From: an uncultured Actinomycetota bacterium
GTDB lineage: Bacteria; Actinomycetota; Actinomycetes; JAHEKZ01
Direction: 5' to 3'
Assembly (NCBI GenBank): GCA_963829525.1
Contig: CAWHIJ010000003.1
Span: 1,312,001-1,376,000 of the forward strand
Length of the DNA: 64,000 bases
Of the stretch, positions 10,083 through 19,412 are shown one piece after another (position 1 is the first letter of the stretch; the number at the start of each line of letters is the position of its first letter). Made by a program: the position numbers and the translations under genes. The notes under the pieces were generated by a model that was given only the letters and a program-made list of their open reading frames with translations, ran no database searches and was not told the origin of the DNA.

Positions 10083-11132
10083 CTAGCTGAAGGGCACATC
10101 TACCCACTCTGAGCGGTCCGGCGGGCCAGCGGTCATCCGTACCGAAGGGGGAGCGTCGATCTCCATCACGATCGAGCTGAAGGTGAAGCCGTCATCTCGC
10201 CAGCGGCCGGGGAACATGCAGATGCCAGCATCGGCATCGGAGAGCAGCTCGACGAGGTTGTCGGATGTCTCCAGGCTCGCCATCGCGTCGTCCACGCGCG
10301 TCAGTCGAGGCTCGCTCGAGCCACTCGCCCAGTCCGCCGGGTCGAAGCTGACCTCATGGTTGCCCTCAGAGAGCGGGTGGTTGGTGTGCCACCGCGCACC
10401 CGGGCGGTCGGGATCGTTGCGGTAGGACGCCACGAAGTCGCCGCCCGCCTCGAAACCGAGTACGCCGTCAGCCGACGCCATCGTGTACGACTGGCCTGAT
10501 GCGTGCCGGATGCTGCGAAGGAGGGGCTCGACGGCGTCCAGCGACGTCTGCTCACTCAGCAGCCGTAGCACCAAGGCCACTGGCAGCCCGTCCACCGCGA
10601 CCGGCAGCTGGTCGAGCGCATTGACGACCAACCCGATGCCCGCGGAGTTTGCCCCGCAGAGCCCGACGACACCGGCACGGCTCATCAGCACCTGCTGGGG
10701 GCCATCGTTGGGCGACAAGCGCAGGGCAACCTGGGTGGTGTCCATCCAGGTGTCGAGATCCATGTTCTGACCGATCACGGGTTTGCTACCCCGGTCAGCT
10801 ACCGCCACCGAGCTGCAGCTCGGTCCCTTCTCTCCCCACCACCAGGCCTCGTCGAGGCAGTTGGTGGCGAAGACGGCATCAGGGTCGGCGTTGGCTCCTT
10901 CGGCGATGCCCTCGATCTCTTCCAGCAGCCTCGGAGCCCAGTGGGCAGCGGCGTCCCGGAACCCGGACTCACGTGAAAGCCCTTTCCACAGCTGGTCGGC
11001 GTCTTTGTCCGCGCGAGCGAGTTCATCACGCCAACGCTCGAGGCCGACGGTGATGAGGTCACGGGCCTGCTCGCCGTGGGCGCGGCCCATCGCGCGCGGG
11101 CTTCCGGCGGCGTCGATGATCAAAAGGTCCAC
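10083..11132 (-). CDS. C45 family autoproteolytic acyltransferase/hydrolase (Ntn fold)
   Basis: MGRAHG, EEIEGIAEG, SCSSVA nucleophile Cys, GQNMD, HTNH; start may be 11171. Confidence 0.82.
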   Translation of the reverse strand: MDLLIIDAAGSPRAMGRAHGEQARDLITVGLERWRDELARADKDADQLWKGLSRESGFRDAAAHWAPRLLEEIEGIAEGANADPDAVFATNCLDEAWWWGEKGPSCSSVAVADRGSKPVIGQNMDLDTWMDTTQVALRLSPNDGPQQVLMSRAGVVGLCGANSAGIGLVVNALDQLPVAVDGLPVALVLRLLSEQTSLDAVEPLLRSIRHASGQSYTMASADGVLGFEAGGDFVASYRNDPDRPGARWHTNHPLSEGNHEVSFDPADWASGSSEPRLTRVDDAMASLETSDNLVELLSDADAGICMFPGRWRDDGFTFSSIVMEIDAPPSVRMTAGPPDRSEWVDVPFS

Positions 11133-11184
11133 AGGACCATCATGGCCCCCGACGGCCTCGCGCGTCGCCACCTAGACTCACGCC

Positions 11185-13065
11185 ATGGCCGGCCGCATCC
11201 GCAACGACGACGTCGCACGGGTGCGCGACATGGCCGGTATTGCCGAGGTAGTGGGCGACCACGTCACTCTCCGTCCCGCTGGCGGTGGCAGCCTCAAGGG
11301 TCTTTGCCCGTTCCACGAGGAGCGCAGCCCCAGCTTTCACGTCACCCCCGCCAAGGGCCTCTACCACTGCTTCGGCTGCCAGGTCGGTGGCGATGTCATC
11401 GACTTCCTCGAGCGCATCGAGCACCTCACCTTCCAGGAGGCTGTCGAGAAGCTCGCGGCACGCTTCGGCGTCGAGCTGCGCTACGAAGACTCCGGCGCCG
11501 GCCCACGTCGTCCGCAGGGCGAGCGCACCCGACTGCTCGAGGCGCACAAGGCAGCGGCCGCTTTCTACTCCGAGCAGCTGAGCAGCGCCGAGGCAGTGGT
11601 CGGACGGCAATTCCTCGACGAGCGGGGCTTCGACGCGGCAGCGGCCGCACACTTCGGCGTCGGCTTCGCACCCAACTCGTGGGACGCTCTCACCCGCCAC
11701 CTGCGCGGCATGGGCTTCACTGACCGCGAGCTCACCGTCGGTGGTCTGTCCAAAGAGGGTCAACGCGGCATGATCGACCGCTTCCGCGGACGCCTGGTCT
11801 GGCCGATCCGCGATATCACCGGCGAGACGATCGGCTTCGGTGCGCGCAAGCTGCTCGAGGACGACCAAGGCCCTAAGTACCTCAACACTGCCGAGACGCC
11901 GATCTACCGCAAGAGCCAGGTCCTCTACGGCATTGACCTCGCTAAGCGGGCCATCGCACAACAACGCAAGGCTGTCATCGTCGAGGGCTACACCGACGTG
12001 ATGGCCTGCCACCTGTCGGGCATCGAGACGGCGATCGCCACGTGCGGCACGGCCTTTGGCGCGGACCATGTGAAAATCCTGCGCCGCCTGCTGATGGACA
12101 ACGACACGTTTGGCGGTCAGGTGGTCTTCACGTTCGACGGCGACGCCGCGGGCCAGAAGGCGGCGATGCGTGCGTTCGAAGACGACCAGCGCTTCGTGGC
12201 GCAGACTTTCGTCGCCGTCGAGCCGAACGGTCTCGACCCGTGCGAGCTGCGGCAGAAGCACGGGGACGCCGCGGTCGTCGCGCTCGTCGACAAGCCCGTG
12301 CCGCTCTTCGAGTTCGCCATTCGCAGCGTTCTCTCAGGTCACGACCTGGAGCAGCCGGCTGGACGCGTTGCCGCATTGCGGGCCGCGGCTCCCGTAGTCG
12401 CTCAAATCCGCGACCAGTCGCTGCGGCCGGAGTACGCACGATCGCTGGCCGGCTGGCTTGGCATGGAGATCAAACCGGTACAGGACGCTGTCAGCCAGGC
12501 GAACCGCGCGCTCAAGCAGCAGGCGCGGCAGCCGGTGCCGCAAGCGGCTTCGGGCGAGACGGTGCCGCCGACACCGCAGTCTGTCCCGCGTCCGGACCCG
12601 AGCGAGCGCCGTCTAGCCGGTCCGCGCGAGCTGCTGAAGCTGGCTGTGCAGCACCCCAGCAAGCTCGACGCGACGTTCGACGAACTTCCCGCCGACCTGT
12701 TTAGCCACCCCGCCTACGTCCAGGTCAAAACGATCATCGCGACGATCGGGGGAGTGGCCAGCGAAGACGGCAAGTGGATGCAGCGGTTGGCGGAGGCGGC
12801 ACCTGACGATTCGGTGCGCTCGGTGATCAATGAGTTGGCGGTTGAGCCCATCCAGGTCGAGGAATCGGCTCTCGACCGTTACACCCGGGAGCAGCTTGGC
12901 CGTGCTCGCGCGCGGGTACTCACGTTGCAGATCGACGAACTGCGCTCGAAGATGCAGCGCTTGGAGTCCGAGGATCCGGCTGCTCACGCCGCGGTCTTTG
13001 CCGAGCTTGTGGGGTTGGAAGCCCAGCGTCGGCAGATTCGTGAGGAGTCAGTCGGTGGCGACTAG
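11185..13065 (+). CDS. dnaG: DNA primase
   Basis: CPFH..CFGC zinc finger, KYLNT, EGYTD and DGD TOPRIM motifs. Confidence 0.97.
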   Translation: MAGRIRNDDVARVRDMAGIAEVVGDHVTLRPAGGGSLKGLCPFHEERSPSFHVTPAKGLYHCFGCQVGGDVIDFLERIEHLTFQEAVEKLAARFGVELRYEDSGAGPRRPQGERTRLLEAHKAAAAFYSEQLSSAEAVVGRQFLDERGFDAAAAAHFGVGFAPNSWDALTRHLRGMGFTDRELTVGGLSKEGQRGMIDRFRGRLVWPIRDITGETIGFGARKLLEDDQGPKYLNTAETPIYRKSQVLYGIDLAKRAIAQQRKAVIVEGYTDVMACHLSGIETAIATCGTAFGADHVKILRRLLMDNDTFGGQVVFTFDGDAAGQKAAMRAFEDDQRFVAQTFVAVEPNGLDPCELRQKHGDAAVVALVDKPVPLFEFAIRSVLSGHDLEQPAGRVAALRAAAPVVAQIRDQSLRPEYARSLAGWLGMEIKPVQDAVSQANRALKQQARQPVPQAASGETVPPTPQSVPRPDPSERRLAGPRELLKLAVQHPSKLDATFDELPADLFSHPAYVQVKTIIATIGGVASEDGKWMQRLAEAAPDDSVRSVINELAVEPIQVEESALDRYTREQLGRARARVLTLQIDELRSKMQRLESEDPAAHAAVFAELVGLEAQRRQIREESVGGD

Positions 13066-13083
13066 TCGGCCATCGGTGTCGCC

Positions 13084-13581
13084 ATGAAGTGGAAGCCGGA
13101 GGCGTTGGATCCCGACGTTCGGGCGCGTCTGGACCTTCACCCGAAAGAGCGAATCCTGGCGTGGGCCGACGACGGTGCCGATCGCCCCGTGGTTGCTACA
13201 GAGACCGCGCTTCATCTTCAGCGCGTCCCACCTGAATACGCACGGTTCGGTTGGGAGCAGATTGAACGGGCTTCTTACGAGGCCGGAATGCTGACGGTGG
13301 TGTTGGGAGACTCGCTGGGCGGCGCGACGTTGCGGATACCTGTAGGCGAAGAACGGCAGCTCCCCGTCGTTGTACGTGACCGCGTCACGGCCAGCGTCGT
13401 GGTCGACCGGTTCGTCGCTCTATCCGGGGACGCAGGAGTGCGGATAGTCGGACGCCGAGCAGTCGACGGGGGAGTCACCTGGCGCTCTGTTCTTGACCCA
13501 GTACTGACGACCGACGATGCGTCTATCGCTGCGTCCGAGGAGGCACTGGCGGAGGTGCGGGCCGAGGTGGGCGACGGCTGA
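13084..13581 (+). CDS. hypothetical protein
   Basis: Clean ORF with genomic codon usage between dnaG and the tRNA. Confidence 0.7.
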   Translation: MKWKPEALDPDVRARLDLHPKERILAWADDGADRPVVATETALHLQRVPPEYARFGWEQIERASYEAGMLTVVLGDSLGGATLRIPVGEERQLPVVVRDRVTASVVVDRFVALSGDAGVRIVGRRAVDGGVTWRSVLDPVLTTDDASIAASEEALAEVRAEVGDG

Positions 13582-13639
13582 GTGCCTGCTGGGGGGCGTC
13601 GGGGTGGCTGGTATTCTCGCCAAGCCGTAAAGGCGTCAA

Positions 13640-13712
13640 TCCCGCGTAGCTCAATTGGCAGAGCAGCCGGCTGTTAACCGGCAGGTTACTGGTTCGAGTC
13701 CAGTCGCGGGAG
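13640..13712 (+). tRNA. tRNA-Asn (GTT)
   Basis: Cloverleaf: TCCCGCG/CGCGGGA acceptor, GCCGG-CTGTTAA-CCGGC anticodon arm, GGTTCGAGTCC T-arm. Confidence 0.96.
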
Positions 13713-14009
13713 CTTGTTATGTCGAAGCCGCAGGTCAGGGCGCTCCGAGGATCTACGTCAACTGCCGGAATGTTGGTTTGACAGCTACAACTGATTAGAG
13801 CGAGCGAACTGTGCCTCTGCACTGGAGGACATCAATGCGGCGGAGCCTAATCCATTCGCGTCTGTTAGAACGAGGACAACAACCACGCTGAGGGGTCAAG
13901 AAAGCACGCTGTGTATTCAGGACAACGATTTCTTGGTGCTGCTGACCAAAGACCCCTTCCTTTGGGTGGGAACCGTTGCCTACGTTGGTTCTCGACGAAA
14001 GAGGGAATC

Positions 14010-16226
14010 ATGAAGCGTGTACCAGTTCGAAGGTTCGGCGTGGCGCTCGGCATGGCACTGGTCGCTTTGCAACTGGGCACACTGAACCTCGCCCCAGCTG
14101 ATGCAGCCACACCGACAATGATTCGAGTGATCGTCGCGGTCGACCCAGGACTGCCAGTGACCGCCTCCGCCACTGCTCAACTGCACGCAGCCGGCGGGCA
14201 GTTACGCTACGCCTTTCAACGTGTCTATCACGGTTACGTTGCCGACATTCCAGCAACGGCAGAACGAGTGCTAGTGCAGCAGCCTGGCGTGCGGACGGTG
14301 TCCCTCGACGCCATCGCATACCCCGCCGATGTTGAGAGCCCCGCCCCTTGGGGACTTGACCGGGTCGATCAACGCTCACTCCCTCTAGACCAGACGTACG
14401 CGTACGGAGACACCGGAAGCGGCGTCACAGCCTATGTCGTTGATACAGGTATCCGCACCACCCATGTCGACTTTGGTGCCCGTGCCTCCAGCGGCTGGGA
14501 CTTCTATGACAATGACGCGGACGCGTCGGACTGCTACGGACACGGTACACACGTAGCCGGCACCATCGGAGGCAGCACCTACGGTGTGGCGAAGGGTGTG
14601 AAACTCGTCGCAGTGCGGGTCTTCGGCTGCAGCGGCGGCTCGCCCTACTCGACCGTCATGCAGGGGCTCGACTGGGCGGTGGCTAACCACACGGGACCGT
14701 CGGTCATCTCCATGAGTCTTGGTGGTGGCTACTACCAGCCGATGAATGACGCAGTCTCAAACGCTACGGCTGCTGGCGTTCCCGTAGTCGTCTCCGCGGG
14801 TAATGACAACGCCGATGCGTGTAATAACTCTCCAGCCAGTGCCCCCACCGCCATAACTGTCGCGGCCACGGACGAAACAGACACACGTGCCAGCTTCTCG
14901 AACTACGGTTCATGCATTGACATCTTCGCTCCTGGTGTGGGCATCGAGTCAGATTATTATCTCGCTGACGACAGCGTGGCTTCAATGAGTGGCACTTCGA
15001 TGGCGACCCCACACGTAAGCGGTGCTGTTGCGGTATACCTTTCGTCGCACCCGAACGCAACTGTCAGCGAGATCACATCGGCGATCATGAGCTCTTCGAC
15101 GCAAGGCGTCGTCACCGATGCGCAGTCGACGAACAGCGGCCTGTTGTACGTCGCGCCGCCGGCAGCGACTCCAACAGTTCCTACAAATGTGGCTGTGTCG
15201 AAGAATGTGGGTGCGGCGTCGGCGACGGTGAGTTGGCAGCCGCCGGTGTCTTCTGGTGGGTCGGCGATTACTGGGTATCGGGTGTCACGGGATGCCGGGA
15301 GCATCGCCGGGCAGAACCCGTGGTCCACGGTGGTGTCGGCCAGTGCTCGGTCGTTTACGTTCACCAGGTTGACGCTGAACTCTACCTACACCTTGTCCGT
15401 GCAGGCGATCAACGGGTCGGGTGAGGGTCCGGCTGCATCGCAGCAGGTGACGATGAGTGCGGATGTGCCGTCAGCGCCGACGAGTGTGTCGGTGTCGAAG
15501 AATGACACCGCGAAGACGGCCAGCATCAACTGGCAACCGCCCACCTCGACGGGTGGTTCGGTGATCACCGGCTACCTCGTGTCGCGTGATGCAGGCTCGC
15601 TGCCTGGGCAAAACCCGTGGTCGACGGTGGTGACCCCTTCCACAAGGTCGTTCACGTTCACCCAGTTGTTGTCCGGTTCGACCTACAAGCTGTCGGTGCA
15701 GGCAATCAACGGGACGGGGACCGGCCCCGCAGCCAGCGGCACCGTCACGCTGGGTCAGGTGGTCACCACGAACCTGTTGAAGAACCCTGGCTTCGAAGCT
15801 GATGGCAACGCTGACGGTCGCCCAGACAGCTGGACGTCCAATGCGAAGTTCACCCGCTCCAACACCTCCATTTACACGGGGAGTTACGCGGGACGTCACC
15901 GGGCCACCGACAACACCAACCACACCATCGGCCAGGTGGTGGCCTCGTTGACACCCGCAACGACCTATTTGTTCAACGGCAAGGTCAACATCCCCGCCAC
16001 CAGTGACACCTTCACCTTCCTGATCCGGGTGCAGTGGTTGAACAGCACCGGGGGTGTCATCCGCACCGACGCCATCCGCAAGTTCACCGCAGCGACCGGT
16101 GGTTGGACCGACGCCATCGGTGGCATGACCAGCCCCACCGGCACCGCCAAAGCCAAGGTCCAAATGGTGTCCACCAACCTCAACGCCACCATCTACGTCG
16201 ACGACTTCAAACTCACCCGAAACTGA
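14010..16226 (+). CDS. secreted S8 subtilisin-like peptidase with I9 propeptide, two Fn3 domains and a C-terminal CBM4/9-like domain
   Basis: Signal peptide; VVDTG, HGTHVAG and GTSMATPH triad; NLLKNPGFE. Confidence 0.92.
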   Translation: MKRVPVRRFGVALGMALVALQLGTLNLAPADAATPTMIRVIVAVDPGLPVTASATAQLHAAGGQLRYAFQRVYHGYVADIPATAERVLVQQPGVRTVSLDAIAYPADVESPAPWGLDRVDQRSLPLDQTYAYGDTGSGVTAYVVDTGIRTTHVDFGARASSGWDFYDNDADASDCYGHGTHVAGTIGGSTYGVAKGVKLVAVRVFGCSGGSPYSTVMQGLDWAVANHTGPSVISMSLGGGYYQPMNDAVSNATAAGVPVVVSAGNDNADACNNSPASAPTAITVAATDETDTRASFSNYGSCIDIFAPGVGIESDYYLADDSVASMSGTSMATPHVSGAVAVYLSSHPNATVSEITSAIMSSSTQGVVTDAQSTNSGLLYVAPPAATPTVPTNVAVSKNVGAASATVSWQPPVSSGGSAITGYRVSRDAGSIAGQNPWSTVVSASARSFTFTRLTLNSTYTLSVQAINGSGEGPAASQQVTMSADVPSAPTSVSVSKNDTAKTASINWQPPTSTGGSVITGYLVSRDAGSLPGQNPWSTVVTPSTRSFTFTQLLSGSTYKLSVQAINGTGTGPAASGTVTLGQVVTTNLLKNPGFEADGNADGRPDSWTSNAKFTRSNTSIYTGSYAGRHRATDNTNHTIGQVVASLTPATTYLFNGKVNIPATSDTFTFLIRVQWLNSTGGVIRTDAIRKFTAATGGWTDAIGGMTSPTGTAKAKVQMVSTNLNATIYVDDFKLTRN
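15171..15750 (+). repeat. tandem intragenic Fn3 repeats (about 297 bp unit)
   Basis: WQPP..GGS.ITGY.VSRDAGS..GQNPWSTVV...RSFTFT..LSVQAING occurs twice. Confidence 0.85.
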
Positions 16227-16469
16227 TGCGTTTCTCTTGATAGTCGTGACAGCACCGGACTCAACCGCGACTTCAGCCACTGCATCTCCGACCGCCGCAA
16301 GTCACGCAGATGGTGGATCCGCCCTGGCCAGACCCATCACGACTCCTTGCCCTTGTCACTCAGGGCAGAAGTGAGGCACCCCCACACCTGAGGACCTAAC
16401 CTCAATTATCGTCCGCTGCTGAGAATGTCGAAAGGGATGACCTATCTTATCGCGGCCAGGACGAACACA

Positions 16470-16604
16470 ATGCCGAGAATCTGCCTGACGCCGTTGGAGT
16501 CCGTCGAGATCGACGTCGCGAACGTGGTCATTGTGGCGCTGTTCGTTCTGGACTACCTGTTACGGCTGTGCCTTGCTCCGGCGCGTTGGCCGTTTGGCAG
16601 ATAG
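16470..16604 (+). pseudogene. fragment resembling the N-terminal TM region of a voltage-gated K+ channel/ion transporter
   Basis: Translates to ...VVIVALFVLDYLLRLCLAPARWPF; short and overlapping the tetR 3' end. Confidence 0.4.
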
Positions 16605-17254
16605 CCCGGTGCAACCAGCAGCAGGAGCAGACCATCGGTCAGCCATGCCTCGTATCGCTCGGGGGACCACCCCTGCTCCACGACAAACCGGTGGTAAGGG
16701 CCGCTGTCGTTGAGCAGCCAGAGGACGTCCGCCGCTTCCTCGACTGTCAGTTCCGGTCGGAGCGCGCCGCGCTCGTCCAGCAAGGCTGCCAAAAAGGACA
16801 TCCCTCGCTGACGCTGAGTGCGCAGGTCGTCGTTGAGCGCCTGCAGATCAGCGTCTAGGCCGGCCGCGGACTCCAACACCCGTGCGAGGGCCGCGGTGCG
16901 ACCCATCACCTCACGAATGTTCGTCGCAAAGTCACGCAGAATGCGTCGGGCGTCTGGCTCTTGCAGCGCCGCCTGCACATGCGGACGATCGAGCACTGGG
17001 ATGGGTTCGTCATCGCCGGAGATGGCCCAGTCGAGAGCCAGCTTGAGCGTCTCGAGTTTGCCCCCCACGGCCGTGAACACCGTTTTTCGGCTTACCCCGG
17101 CAGCCTCGGCGATCGCGTCGATCGACGTGCCGCCATAGCCCCGCTCAACGAACAACACCGCGGCCGCGTCGACGATCGAACGACGTGTGGCCTGTGCCTG
17201 GGCCGCACGCAAGGTCGACGAGTAGGGCCTCTTGACAGATTTTGAGGAAACCAT
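16553..17254 (-). CDS. TetR family transcriptional regulator
   Basis: IVDAAAVLFVERGY..TSIDAIAEAAGVSRKTVF HTH. Confidence 0.92.
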   Translation of the reverse strand: MVSSKSVKRPYSSTLRAAQAQATRRSIVDAAAVLFVERGYGGTSIDAIAEAAGVSRKTVFTAVGGKLETLKLALDWAISGDDEPIPVLDRPHVQAALQEPDARRILRDFATNIREVMGRTAALARVLESAAGLDADLQALNDDLRTQRQRGMSFLAALLDERGALRPELTVEEAADVLWLLNDSGPYHRFVVEQGWSPERYEAWLTDGLLLLLVAPGYLPNGQRAGARHSRNR

Positions 17255-17258
17255 CAGT

Positions 17259-17269
17259 GTATTGAATAC
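17259..17269. promoter_or_regulatory. candidate TetR operator palindrome
   Basis: GTATT-G-AATAC in the 60-bp divergent gap. Confidence 0.4.
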
Positions 17270-17314
17270 CCCAGCAGTAACTTCACCATTAAACCGTAGC
17301 AGTTGGAGGCCCAT

Positions 17315-18640
17315 ATGCGCACTGTTGTCGTGGGAGCAGGACCGGTCGGGCTTTACTGCGCGATGGCCCTGGCGCGGCAGGGGGAAGAGGTCACGGTGAT
17401 CGACCGTGATCCAGGTCCGGTTACAGGTGGGGCTTGGCGACGGCGCGGGGTCATGCAGTTCGCTCATCCGCACTACTTCCGCCACCTGGTGCGATTGGCG
17501 CTGCAGGACCAGCTGCCGGACGTGTGGGAGCAGTTGCTCGCCGTGGGTGGAATTGAGGCGACCTTCGAGGGTGGCCCTGAGTTCCTCAGCGGCCTGCAGT
17601 GCCGACGGTCGACGTTTGAGAGCGTCCTCTGGCGCGCGGCAGCGCGTGAGCCCGGGCTGACGGTGCGCTGCGGCCTGGTGCGCAGTCTCGTCACGACCGG
17701 CGGCCGCGTCTCGGGCGTCGTCGTTGATGGCTCGACGGTGGATGCCGACCGAGTCATCTGCGCAACCGGCCGTGGCAGCAGTCTGGGTGACGGCCTACGT
17801 GCACCGGGGAAGGAGTCGTCGTGCGGGTTCTCCTACGTTGCGCGGATGTACCGGGCTCGCCCCGGTGCGCCATGGCCAACTTGGGCGCTGTCCGGCCGGG
17901 TCTACGACGGCTACCAGGCGATCCTCTTTCCGCACGACGATCGCACCCTCTCGGCTCTCGTCGTGCTGCCCACGGAGGACACCGTGCTCGGGCAAGTGCG
18001 GGGGACCGATGCTTTCAACGTGGCTGCCTCGCTTATCCCGCAGCTGTCTCCATGGACCGATCCCGACGATTACGAGCCGATCACGAAGCCGATGACCGGG
18101 GGACGCCTGACCAACGGCTATCGCGGGCAGCTTGGCCAGAACGGTGAAGCGCCGGTCGCCGGCGTGTATTTCGTAGGTGATGCGGTATGCACCACTAACC
18201 CGGCCGCCGGCCGGGGAGTTTCTCTGGGCCTGCAACAGGCCCAAGCACTGCTTGCCATGCTCGCAGACACGGACGCCCGGAACACCAGTCACCGATTCGA
18301 AGCCTGGACCGACGAGAACGTGCGGCCCTGGTACGAGGACCACGTGCTGTGGGACGCCGAACTGTTGCAGCGCTACGCCGGCGCCGAAATGGATATCGAA
18401 GGCCCACTGAGTTCTGATGTCTTCTGCACCGCGGGCGAGACCGAGCCGTCGCTTGCGCCTGTAGTCGGCCCCGTTCTGGGAATGCTCACGACGCCGGCCT
18501 CTCTCACCACGATCGACAAACACGTGCGTGGAATGCTGCGTCAAGGCTGGCGACCCGCCTACGCGACAGGGCCAACGCGCGATGAACTTGTAGAGCAATT
18601 AGGCGCCCTCGGCGCCGCGAGACTGCAACCGACTGCGTAG
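17315..18640 (+). CDS. FAD-dependent oxidoreductase
   Basis: VVVGAGPVG Rossmann motif; VGDAVCTTNPAAGRG. Confidence 0.88.
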   Translation: MRTVVVGAGPVGLYCAMALARQGEEVTVIDRDPGPVTGGAWRRRGVMQFAHPHYFRHLVRLALQDQLPDVWEQLLAVGGIEATFEGGPEFLSGLQCRRSTFESVLWRAAAREPGLTVRCGLVRSLVTTGGRVSGVVVDGSTVDADRVICATGRGSSLGDGLRAPGKESSCGFSYVARMYRARPGAPWPTWALSGRVYDGYQAILFPHDDRTLSALVVLPTEDTVLGQVRGTDAFNVAASLIPQLSPWTDPDDYEPITKPMTGGRLTNGYRGQLGQNGEAPVAGVYFVGDAVCTTNPAAGRGVSLGLQQAQALLAMLADTDARNTSHRFEAWTDENVRPWYEDHVLWDAELLQRYAGAEMDIEGPLSSDVFCTAGETEPSLAPVVGPVLGMLTTPASLTTIDKHVRGMLRQGWRPAYATGPTRDELVEQLGALGAARLQPTA

Positions 18641-18655
18641 GTCCGCTTACACACC

Positions 18656-19033
18656 TTACGAAGCCTCCGTCGGGGCTGTCGTAGCCTTCGCCAGCGGCTC
18701 CAGATGGTCAACATTCGAGTGCACGACGCCAGCCGGCCAGTCGATGTCACGAATGGCGTTCCAGGCTAAGAAGCCCGAGTCTCGGTGCAAGGTCCGGACA
18801 ATGATGCGCACCAACCACGGTCCCTGGGTGGGTTGTCGGTCATACCCGAGAAGCGCTCCTGTGTGCCTCTTACCGACGACCAGGCCAGCGACCATCAGCT
18901 CAGTTCCAAGTCCGGCACCCTTACCGGTCGGTCCGAGGCGAATGTCCTTAACGACTCCCAGTGGAGATCCGTCACTGGTGACAATGGCGAAGCCCAGAAG
19001 ACTACTGATCCGGTGGGTGCTACTTGGGGTCAT
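18656..19033 (-). CDS. PRC-barrel domain protein
   Basis: SSLLG..IVTSDG..LGVVKDI. Confidence 0.75.
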   Translation of the reverse strand: MTPSSTHRISSLLGFAIVTSDGSPLGVVKDIRLGPTGKGAGLGTELMVAGLVVGKRHTGALLGYDRQPTQGPWLVRIIVRTLHRDSGFLAWNAIRDIDWPAGVVHSNVDHLEPLAKATTAPTEAS

Positions 19034-19412
19034 GCCGAGCTCCTGGAATTCGGTCAATGATGTGGGTCGCGACCCAGACCTCGCCGTCTGACTCTGGCAC
19101 CCTGCGCCCGACATGGACGGCACTGTCGATCTTGATGATGTCCGACATTGGTAGGCGCTGTGGTTCCGGATCTGCATCGCGGTGGAGGCGACTCCAGATC
19201 GCGGCAATCGACTCGCCAATCCTGCCGCCAAACCGTGGCCCCAAAGCCCCTGGCCCCATGAGAACGGCGGAAACGCGCAACCCCCCGCGCCCGTCAGACT
19301 CAAGCTCGAGGTCGTCCACCTTCCCGATGAGTCGCCCATCGACATCGACCAACTGCCGGTCCAAAAGGTGCAAGGCCGCGTCATAGGCTCGACCAGCAAC
19401 TGGAGCGGACAT
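19020..19412 (-). CDS. PRC-barrel domain protein
   Basis: LLDRQLVDVDGRLIGKVDDLE; start overlaps the Nramp stop. Confidence 0.8.
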   Translation of the reverse strand: MSAPVAGRAYDAALHLLDRQLVDVDGRLIGKVDDLELESDGRGGLRVSAVLMGPGALGPRFGGRIGESIAAIWSRLHRDADPEPQRLPMSDIIKIDSAVHVGRRVPESDGEVWVATHIIDRIPGARHDPK

